Shown: positions 18,815-26,488 of the stretch, piece after piece | Position numbering within the stretch: the first letter of the stretch is position 1 | Layout: every line of letters begins with the position of its first letter | NCBI GenBank assembly: GCA_045632165.1 | Contig: JAZQWD010000082.1 | Coordinates: 1-44,456, forward strand | Length of the DNA stretch: 44,456 nt | Direction of reading: 5' to 3' | Source: Acutalibacteraceae bacterium | GTDB lineage: Bacteria; Bacillota; Clostridia; Oscillospirales; Acutalibacteraceae | Position numbers and translations under genes: made by a program | Notes under the pieces: generated by a model | Seen by the model: only the letters and a program-made list of their open reading frames with translations | Told to the model about the DNA's origin: nothing | Database searches by the model: none

Positions 18815-19735
18815 TTATCCCTTAATACCAGAATGCACCATAGTTTGCATAACCTTTTTTTGCGAAATCATAAATAAAATAACCGTAGGTAGAGTCATAA
18901 GTAAGGTTGCCGCTGCAACCGCACCCGCACGTCCAATTGTGGCCGAGCCGCCCGAAATTGTATTAAGGGCAAGAGGTAAAGTTTTTAAAGCCTGGTCATT
19001 AAGATAAATTAACGGTGAGAAATAATCATTCCACGAGCTTACAAAGCTAAACACCATTAAGGTGGACCAAGCCGGTGTAAGTAAAGGCATTATAATCTGC
19101 CAATAAATACGCATTTCGCCACAGCCGTCAATACGCGCAGCTTCAATAAGCGTATTTGGAATTTGTTCAACAAACTGTTTTACAAGGAAAAAGTTATATG
19201 CCGTTGCAATTGAGGGAATGATAAGCGCCCAATAACTATTTATAAGCCCAACCGAATTAATAATTAAATAACGCGGTATTTGTGTAACAAAGGGCGATAT
19301 CATAAGCGCTGCCAAAATTATTTGAAACCATAGCTTACTTCCCGGTGGGTTGTGCTTGACCATACCATAAGCACCAAGTGTGCTTACAACAATGGTACCG
19401 GTAACCGTGCCAATTGTGACTAAAGCGCTGTTAAACACATAACGTGAAAAAGGCACCGCCGAGCTCGACATAGACAGTAGCAAATCGCTAAAGTTTTTTA
19501 AGGTTGGGTTACGCACAAAAAATTGCGGCGGAAATATAAATAATTCACTAAGGGGTTTGAAGGCGGTGCTTACCAAATAAACCAAGGGTAACATGGTAAA
19601 GCTAACCACCAATATCATTAAAGCATATACCGCGGCCCACGCGCCTTTTGAACGCAAGCGCGCTGCGGAAAGTGGGCGTTTTCTTTTAAATGTTGCCATT
19701 TCTTTTACCATCTTTCCATCATTATTCGCTTTCAC
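18815..19735 (-). CDS. Carbohydrate ABC transporter permease (CUT1, MalG-like), first pair
   Basis: It has the EAA loop LIEAARIDGCGEMRIYWQIIMPLLTP. The start is uncertain: GTG 19735, ATG 19711 and ATG 19699 are all possible. With the GTG start it overlaps the upstream permease by 14 nt. Confidence 0.85.
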   Translation of the reverse strand: MKANNDGKMVKEMATFKRKRPLSAARLRSKGAWAAVYALMILVVSFTMLPLVYLVSTAFKPLSELFIFPPQFFVRNPTLKNFSDLLLSMSSSAVPFSRYVFNSALVTIGTVTGTIVVSTLGAYGMVKHNPPGSKLWFQIILAALMISPFVTQIPRYLIINSVGLINSYWALIIPSIATAYNFFLVKQFVEQIPNTLIEAARIDGCGEMRIYWQIIMPLLTPAWSTLMVFSFVSSWNDYFSPLIYLNDQALKTLPLALNTISGGSATIGRAGAVAAATLLMTLPTVILFMISQKKVMQTMVHSGIKG

Positions 19736-20636
19736 TCAAAGCGTGTGTTACCACACGGCCTACAATAAAGGTAATAAGGAACAATACCGTTGCCACAGCT
19801 GATGCGTAACCCATTTGGAAGCGGATAAACGCATAGTCATAAAGATGGGCAACTATGGTATGACCTGCATAGCTCGGGCTTGGTAAACCCGAAACCGAAA
19901 CTGCAACATCAAAAGCGCCAAATGCATTTGTAACTGCAGTAATTGCACCAAAAAGAAGCTGCGGCTTCATTTGTGGCAGGGTTAAATATTTAAGCTCTTG
20001 AAAACGGCTTTTAACACCGTCAATTGCGCCCGCCTCGTAAAGCGATTTATCAACATTTTGAAGACCTGCCAAGAACACAAGGAAGCCTGTACCCATACTC
20101 ATCCAAACCGAAATTATAATAATAACGGGCAATATGGTTTTAGGGTTTTGCGTCCATAAAACAGGATCGTCAATAAGTCCCATGCTGATGAGCACATTAT
20201 TAATTAAGCCATATTGGTCGGATGAGAAAAAGTAAAGCCAAACCGAGCTCATAGCAACACCGCTTGTAATAGATGGTGCATAAAATGCCAAAGCAAAAGC
20301 GTTGCGCATTTTTAGTTGGTTTAAAACCCAAGCCACAAAAAAGCTCATTAAATAACCGACAGGGCCAACAATTACTGCAAAAATCAAGGTGTTTTTCATT
20401 GCGGTCCAAAATACCGAATCATCAACAAGCATAAGCTCGTAATTTTTAAGCCCAACAAAATGTGCTGTCTGAAACATATTATAGTCGGTAAAGCTTAAGC
20501 CAATAGCTATGGCCGCGGGGGCAAGTACAAATATTGTAAACAAAATTGCAAAAGGAAGTTGCATAGCGTAGCCAATCCAATTTTTGCGAACAAAGCGCAC
20601 TGCATTGGCTTTAAAACTGTTTTTTGATTTTGTCAT
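19722..20636 (-). CDS. Carbohydrate ABC transporter permease (CUT1, MalF-like), first pair
   Basis: It has the EAA loop LYEAGAIDGVKSRFQELKYLTLPQMKP. An AAAGGAGG RBS is present. Confidence 0.85.
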   Translation of the reverse strand: MTKSKNSFKANAVRFVRKNWIGYAMQLPFAILFTIFVLAPAAIAIGLSFTDYNMFQTAHFVGLKNYELMLVDDSVFWTAMKNTLIFAVIVGPVGYLMSFFVAWVLNQLKMRNAFALAFYAPSITSGVAMSSVWLYFFSSDQYGLINNVLISMGLIDDPVLWTQNPKTILPVIIIISVWMSMGTGFLVFLAGLQNVDKSLYEAGAIDGVKSRFQELKYLTLPQMKPQLLFGAITAVTNAFGAFDVAVSVSGLPSPSYAGHTIVAHLYDYAFIRFQMGYASAVATVLFLITFIVGRVVTHALSESE

Positions 20637-20651
20637 TTTGCAACCTCCTTT

Positions 20652-23582
20652 TTATTTTTTATTTGGTTTTACGTTGTATTCTTCTTGTTTGTTGCGTAGC
20701 TCACGGTTAATTTCCTTAACGGCATTTTCCAATGCATCACGGGGTGAAGACGCACCCGAAACAACAACGTCGGTAAAAGCGTTAGTAACATAACGACCCG
20801 TATAATAACCACCAAGCACTACAGGGGTTTCCTGTGCCCATTTCCATTGTTCTTGAATAACCGCAAGGTCGCCCTTGTTCCAGTCAAGCGATAAAAATGC
20901 ATTAACGTTTGCGGTATTCCAACGGGCTTCTACACCTACAAGCGCTTCCATTTCTCTTGCATAATCCATTTGGGTGGTTTCCTGACTCCACCACTTAAGG
21001 AATTCCCAACCCGCCTTATATTTGGGGTCGCGGTCGTTTTTAAGAAGCATATCACATTCGCCTGCAATACCGCCACATGAACGGTTTATACTGCCATCCT
21101 GTTGCTTGATACCCGGAAGCGGCGCAATAGCCCATTTACCGATAAGCTCGGGTGCCGAGGTGCAAAGCTGAATGTAAAGCGAATAGTTCCCCACGCCTAT
21201 TGGCATTTCACCTGTACGGAAACGGTTAAAGAAGTTTGCACTTACAGGCGAACTGTAATGGGTAAACATTTCGGTATATTCGCGGAATGCTAAGAATGCC
21301 TGTGGCGTATTAAGTGCCGAGGTATAGCCATCCTCACTGTAATAAGCACCGCCGTATTGATACAAAAACTGTGTAAAGTCCATATTTTGGTAATATGAGA
21401 GGCCGTTTTCAAACAACTGCGGTAAGGTATAGTCGTACAATTCCTGACGTGTATTGGGAAGCATTATGTTATACTTTTCAATTACATCGCTACGGTAGAA
21501 AAGACAACTGAAATTCATTGTTTCGGGCATAGCATAAACGCCGCCCTCGTATGTAAAGGGAGTAATAATTTGCGGAACAAAGCGTGATGCAATTTCCTTA
21601 TAATCGGAAAATTGTGTTAAATCTACTGCGGCATCACGAATTGCAAATTCAACAGGCGAGCCCGAAGCCACACCCATTGCCACGTCAGGCGCTGTGCCCG
21701 ACGTCATTGAAAGCATAAGCACGTTGGCGCTGCCCGCATTAAGCTGTGAAGCGGGTACAACGTTTACGTTTACTAAAATACCGGTTTTTGGGGTAAAGCT
21801 TTCGTCAGCCATTTCCTTAATTATTTCCGCCCATTCGTTACCGCGTGCAATCCAAACATCGATAGTTTCGGTGATTTCGGTATCCTCGCCTAAAATACCA
21901 CCAACGTTGTTATAGTCCTTAACAAAGGAAATAAGGAAGTTTTTAATTGTACTGCGAAGCTTTTGGAAGAAATTAGATTTTCTTACAGGTATTTTAACGT
22001 CGGCCGTAGCAACTGTAAATTCGTCAATAAGCAAGGGCTGTGACTGTAATTCAAGATACCACGAGCCAAGATTTGTTTGCGCTTGGGTAAGTTGGGAATA
22101 TTTTTTAGCGATGGAAAAGGGATTATCCCTCATTCTTTTCAGCTGTTGTATAATAGATATCAAGTTACTACCCATACTGGTCGATTTGCCTGAAATAGCA
22201 TAAATTCGGTCATACTGTTCCTGCAAATCAGTAATAAGACGGTTCATATCGTCTTCTAAAGTGGGAATAAACTTGAAAAATTGATAGTCATAGTTGGGGT
22301 CGGGGTCACTGCCTGTTAATTTTGTAATATCAAGCAGCATTTCCGACAAAATTGTCATATCGTCATAAAGGGTGTGTATAATATCAGTTAATTCACCCAT
22401 TGTGACAGTCATTGTCATTGTGTGAGGGCCTTCTTCAAGATAGAAAAGGTAGTCACCATTATCGTCACCCAAGGTAACGGTTTGCCAATCTGTGCTGTAA
22501 TCAAAGCAAATTGATTCGAGTTCACTAAATGGTATTTCATTATCGATTTTAATTGTACGGTAAGACGGAAGACCGTCATTCCAGGACTGCTTTACACGAA
22601 ATGCCATACGGTAAAGGCCTGTTTCTTTCACATTAAATTCATAAGTAATCAATTGATTACCCTGTCGCCAACGGTAACCGCCCACGGTATTAAATACACG
22701 GTATCCATAAGCTATAGGCTTAGTTTCGGGGTCGCCGTCACTTTCAAGACGAATGGTAGCATCGTTACGGTTTACCATACTGTCTTCTGCTTGAAATGTT
22801 AATAACTGCTCCTTAATTTGTGATTTAGGATATGAAGCCGAAACCTTCTGATAGCTTTCAACCGGTATGAATGGTTCAACTACCAATTCAGAAATTGCCA
22901 TATCCTGTGAAGCATAGCCAAGGGTTAAAGTATGTTCGCCTATAGTCAAGGGGAAAATTAGCGGCGTTGTATAAAAACCGCCACTATCGCGCAAATAATC
23001 CTGTTGCCAACAAGCTATCGTTTCAACCGAAGGGCGCACCTCATCACCGATACTGTTTACCCTAACCTCGCCCGAATCCTTGAACGAATGATAAAAAGGT
23101 ATTGTGTCAGCTTCAAAACAGGGTGTCTTGCCATCAATAAGTAAAGAGCGAACCGCCTTACTTCCCGAAGTCTCTAAAACTGTGTAATTGGCTTTTATTA
23201 TATACCAGCCTTCAGTATTAATGGTAAATTTCCATTGTATATCACCTGTTTTAGCATCGGATAGAATTGCCTTTTCAGCATTACCGTTAATATCACTTTT
23301 AAGGGTAATGCCATCTGCGGCGGACGCAGCCGCCGCAGATAAAACTACCTTGTCCGTACCTTTAACATACGGATTGTTTTTTAAAACCTCTGAAAGAAAG
23401 GGCGCGCGGGTTCCGTCATCACTTAGAGTAATGTTTGTGCTGTCACCTTTGTCGCCGACAGTCGCCGTATAGGCCTTATCCGCTGAAGCGGAAATTGATA
23501 CCATAGTCATTAGCATAGCAGCTACACAACCTACTGATATCAGGCGCCTTAGAAGAAAACGCCTTTCGGGACTTGCTTTCAT
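20652..23582 (-). CDS. Giant (976 aa) extracellular solute-binding protein: signal peptide, two CBM6/35-like beta-sandwich modules, a helical linker and a C-terminal family-1 SBP domain
   Basis: The signal peptide ends ...SISASA/DKA and has no lipobox. Two modules show the pattern WKFTINTEGWYIIKANY...LLIDGK...LTIGEHTLTLGY and ITYEFNVKETGLYRMAFRVKQ...IKIDNE...WQTVTL..LEEGPHTMTMTV, which is typical of galactose-binding-like CBMs. The last 400 aa or so look like a CUT1 SBP (...VWIARGNEWAEIIKE...YAMPETMNF...GKWAIAPLPG...). Confidence 0.7.
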   Translation of the reverse strand: MKASPERRFLLRRLISVGCVAAMLMTMVSISASADKAYTATVGDKGDSTNITLSDDGTRAPFLSEVLKNNPYVKGTDKVVLSAAAASAADGITLKSDINGNAEKAILSDAKTGDIQWKFTINTEGWYIIKANYTVLETSGSKAVRSLLIDGKTPCFEADTIPFYHSFKDSGEVRVNSIGDEVRPSVETIACWQQDYLRDSGGFYTTPLIFPLTIGEHTLTLGYASQDMAISELVVEPFIPVESYQKVSASYPKSQIKEQLLTFQAEDSMVNRNDATIRLESDGDPETKPIAYGYRVFNTVGGYRWRQGNQLITYEFNVKETGLYRMAFRVKQSWNDGLPSYRTIKIDNEIPFSELESICFDYSTDWQTVTLGDDNGDYLFYLEEGPHTMTMTVTMGELTDIIHTLYDDMTILSEMLLDITKLTGSDPDPNYDYQFFKFIPTLEDDMNRLITDLQEQYDRIYAISGKSTSMGSNLISIIQQLKRMRDNPFSIAKKYSQLTQAQTNLGSWYLELQSQPLLIDEFTVATADVKIPVRKSNFFQKLRSTIKNFLISFVKDYNNVGGILGEDTEITETIDVWIARGNEWAEIIKEMADESFTPKTGILVNVNVVPASQLNAGSANVLMLSMTSGTAPDVAMGVASGSPVEFAIRDAAVDLTQFSDYKEIASRFVPQIITPFTYEGGVYAMPETMNFSCLFYRSDVIEKYNIMLPNTRQELYDYTLPQLFENGLSYYQNMDFTQFLYQYGGAYYSEDGYTSALNTPQAFLAFREYTEMFTHYSSPVSANFFNRFRTGEMPIGVGNYSLYIQLCTSAPELIGKWAIAPLPGIKQQDGSINRSCGGIAGECDMLLKNDRDPKYKAGWEFLKWWSQETTQMDYAREMEALVGVEARWNTANVNAFLSLDWNKGDLAVIQEQWKWAQETPVVLGGYYTGRYVTNAFTDVVVSGASSPRDALENAVKEINRELRNKQEEYNVKPNKK

Positions 23583-23596
23583 AAAATTTCATCCTT

Positions 23597-24871
23597 TCAG
23601 ATAATGTCAGTTAATTTAACACGTGTTAATTCCATAACTTCTTTTTGTTTAGAATAGAAAATATACATATAATCGTCCTGAATTAAAACTTCAGGATAAG
23701 CATAATAACCGTTCTTTGCCCAGCCGCTTTGCTGAAGCTCGTACTTTTCGTCACGCAAGATATATTCACGGTCCCAGTTATAGCCGTCGTCAGAAATTTG
23801 AAGAACTAACGGATAGCGGTTAGAGCCATAGCGTGAGGTGCCTACAAAATAGAAACGACCGTCGGGCAAGCGACCAAAGTTAGCCATTGTAGCTTCGGTT
23901 GCAAAGTTTGTGGGGTAAACGTCGGTAAAGGTTTCGCCGTTGTCATAGCTTTCGGTCATCCAAATGCGATTGGTGTCACTGCGTATCATAACGTGAATAA
24001 CATAATCGTCGGTTTGATACCAAGAAGCTTCTTGAAGAATATTTGCGCCACGGTCAAAACCTGACTGCTCCTGTTCTTTGGTTAAGCGGCCCACCTTCCA
24101 CATAAGCGAGCCGATATCATCGGTGTATATAACACCTGTACCCGCGCCCGCAAAATAACGGCCTGTAAGCGATTTCTTAGGTGATTCGTTAGCGCCTATA
24201 GAGACAACTGCGGGTTTACTCCAGGTTTTGCCATCGGTAGTGGATACAACCTTTGAAACGTATTTATAATACTTAATAATTTGCTTTATCCAGGTACCGT
24301 CAGCGCGGAAGTTATCAGGACCAAAATGAGCTTCACGATAATAGTAATAAAGCTTATTGGGAGTTGATACGAAAAATCCGCCCTGGTTTGCAGTCATACC
24401 AAAACCGCCGTCAACCGAAGGTCCTACAACTACCGGCTTGCTCCAATTATAAAAATCAGACGAGCTTGAAATTACAACAGATTGACCGGGAGAATCCTCG
24501 TCCTTAGCTGCCTGACCCCAAGCGGCATAAAACTTACCCTTAAAGTAAGCAAAGCCCGGTTGATGCTTAAAGCCGTTTTCTGACTCAAAATCAGAAACGA
24601 CAACCTTTTCTGAAGCAATTTTTTTGCTGTTTTTAAGCGCCTTTGAATTATCAACCTTTACAGCCGACTGCTGTATTGTAAGCTTTGGTGTAACAGGAAA
24701 TGTATCCTTCCATTCTTCGGGATTATATGTAACGGTAGAGCCCGAAGGTGTATCCGATGGATTATCGCCATTTGAGCCCGAAGAATTACCGCCGCAGCCC
24801 GCCAATGCCGATAACACTAAAATCATTGCCAGTCCGCGAAGCGCCACGCCTTTAAAACTAATAGGTTTCAT
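23597..24871 (-). CDS. Surface lipoprotein with a BNR/Asp-box sialidase-fold beta-propeller
   Basis: The lipobox is LSALAGC, followed by a Gly/Ser/Asn-rich linker. Asp-boxes are STTDGKTWS, SYDNGETFT, ISDDGYNWD and a degenerate SSSDFYNWS. No F/YRIP motif is present. I prefer ATG 24871 (MKPISF...) because the track GTG at 24880 lies inside a GAAAGGTGA RBS. Confidence 0.7.
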   Translation of the reverse strand: MKPISFKGVALRGLAMILVLSALAGCGGNSSGSNGDNPSDTPSGSTVTYNPEEWKDTFPVTPKLTIQQSAVKVDNSKALKNSKKIASEKVVVSDFESENGFKHQPGFAYFKGKFYAAWGQAAKDEDSPGQSVVISSSSDFYNWSKPVVVGPSVDGGFGMTANQGGFFVSTPNKLYYYYREAHFGPDNFRADGTWIKQIIKYYKYVSKVVSTTDGKTWSKPAVVSIGANESPKKSLTGRYFAGAGTGVIYTDDIGSLMWKVGRLTKEQEQSGFDRGANILQEASWYQTDDYVIHVMIRSDTNRIWMTESYDNGETFTDVYPTNFATEATMANFGRLPDGRFYFVGTSRYGSNRYPLVLQISDDGYNWDREYILRDEKYELQQSGWAKNGYYAYPEVLIQDDYMYIFYSKQKEVMELTRVKLTDII

Positions 24872-24886
24872 TATTTTCACCTTTCT

Positions 24887-26410
24887 TTAAGAATTACATT
24901 CCTTAAGAATTTCTTCAACGCCAAGTTTTTTCATTTCAGCTAAGAAGCTGTCAAATTCGGTAAGGCTGCGTGTGCCCTTAACAAATTTGATAATTTGTTG
25001 CTTAGCATAGGTGTTAATAGTATCGTAACGGGCAATCTTTTCGATACCAATATCAGGCTTGGTTTCACGCTTAGTTTCAAAGTTGCCTGCTTCAAAGTCC
25101 TTATCGTAAATATTAGCGTATTTCTTATCTAATTCATCTGTTTCATAATCTTCCCAAACAACACCCATATTATCATAGAAAGGCGCGAAGCAAAGCTGAC
25201 CAAGGCCTAAATCAGACATCCACTGATAGTTGGGCTGTGCAGCCTTTTCGTACTTCTTCCAAACAGACTTCGGAACATAAGGGTTGCCGTCCTTGTCAAG
25301 CTTATAGGTTTCGTCAAGCTTACCGTAAGTGTTGATAAGCATAGCTTCTTCAGAATAGCACCAGTCCATAAATTCTAAAAGTCTGTCGGGATATTTTGCC
25401 TTTGCGCTAAGGCAGTACTGAGTACCATAGTTGGTAAGCTGTGTCCAAGCAAGACCTTCCTTCTTGCCAAAAGAGTTGGTCATAAGGGGTAATGAGTTAA
25501 TGGTTGCATAGGGGTTAGTTTTTCTTAACTGTTCGGTTTGCATACTTGCAAGCACGCCGTTGTCTATCCAGAAGAAAACGTTGCCTGCCTGTACCTTCTT
25601 TTCAAAGCTGCTAGAGTCTGACATATCAAACTTGGGGTCAAGAATACCTTCGTTATAGGTTCTGATCATAAACTGTAATACGGTACGGAATTCTTCTTCC
25701 ATAACACCGCTTACATATTTTTTAGAATCCTCATCATAATGGATAAGGTAGTTCATACCTAAAGCCTGTGTCCAGTATTCAAGCAAATAACTACCAGAGC
25801 GGGTTGCAAAAGGTGTGCTGTTGGGATAAAGCTTTTTAAGCTTTTTCATAGTTTCAAACCATTCATCCCAAGTTTTAGGTGCTTTAAGATTATGGTTATC
25901 AAGTGTATCGTAACGGATAGCTAATTGCAAAGGGGTATCGGGATAATCGATATGGTGTAAACCAAATCCTAAATATTTGCCGTCAACCTTAGTGGATTCA
26001 AGACCTTCAATATCCTTAGTAAGCTTCCAATAATTAGGGGTCTTCTCTTCCATAATATTTGTAAGGTCCATAAACAAAGCACTGTTAAAGGTTTGAAGCT
26101 CGGAATGGGTGAGCATTGTAATATCATACATTTGACCCGATGCGTTTGCCGCAGCAAGCTTGGTTTGTGCTTCAGTACCTACACCGATATCAACGTCAAG
26201 CGTTACGCCTGTTGCTTCAGTAATAAGATTCCACTTCATAGCATCTGTTTTAATGGGCTGATATACGTGTTCCTTTAAAAATACGGTATAGGTTACGGGC
26301 TTGTCGGTATAAGCCGCAGTGTTGCTGCCACCCTTTTCTCCACCGCCGCAGCCTGCAAAAATGCAAGCAACCAAGCACATAGCTAAAACTATCGAAAGTA
26401 TTCGTTTCAT
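24887..26410 (-). CDS. Extracellular solute-binding lipoprotein (large family-1 SBP, about 507 aa)
   Basis: The lipobox is IFAGCGG. The size and composition are typical of Firmicute oligosaccharide SBPs. An AGGAG RBS is present. Confidence 0.8.
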   Translation of the reverse strand: MKRILSIVLAMCLVACIFAGCGGGEKGGSNTAAYTDKPVTYTVFLKEHVYQPIKTDAMKWNLITEATGVTLDVDIGVGTEAQTKLAAANASGQMYDITMLTHSELQTFNSALFMDLTNIMEEKTPNYWKLTKDIEGLESTKVDGKYLGFGLHHIDYPDTPLQLAIRYDTLDNHNLKAPKTWDEWFETMKKLKKLYPNSTPFATRSGSYLLEYWTQALGMNYLIHYDEDSKKYVSGVMEEEFRTVLQFMIRTYNEGILDPKFDMSDSSSFEKKVQAGNVFFWIDNGVLASMQTEQLRKTNPYATINSLPLMTNSFGKKEGLAWTQLTNYGTQYCLSAKAKYPDRLLEFMDWCYSEEAMLINTYGKLDETYKLDKDGNPYVPKSVWKKYEKAAQPNYQWMSDLGLGQLCFAPFYDNMGVVWEDYETDELDKKYANIYDKDFEAGNFETKRETKPDIGIEKIARYDTINTYAKQQIIKFVKGTRSLTEFDSFLAEMKKLGVEEILKECNS

Positions 26411-26441
26411 AATAAAGCTCCTATCATATATTTTTCATAAT

Positions 26442-26478
26442 GCAGGAAAAGCAATACCTTGCCTTTCCTGCTTTTTTT
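26442..26478. other. Intercistronic stem-loop between the repeat-protein gene and the SBP gene
   Basis: The stem is 13 bp with one G-U pair: gcaggaaaagcaa (26442-26454) pairs with ttgcctttcctgc (26459-26471) around a 4-nt loop. The T7 run (26472-26478) follows the hairpin only on the plus strand. The surrounding genes are transcribed on the minus strand, where the hairpin is preceded by A7 and not followed by a U-tract. Confidence 0.4.
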
Positions 26479-26488
26479 AGTATTACTT

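Noticed and set aside
12532-20636. Absence of any ABC ATPase gene, read as evidence that the transporters are defective
   Set aside because: CUT1-type sugar importers in Firmicutes commonly share an ATPase encoded elsewhere (MsmK/MsmX type). All four permeases have intact EAA loops. The absence is therefore expected, not anomalous.
26442-26478. Treating the 26442-26471 hairpin as the terminator of the repeat-protein gene
   Set aside because: On the transcribed (minus) strand the stem is not followed by a U-tract. The T-run lies on the opposite strand. I keep it only as a possible processing, stabilising or antisense-blocking element.
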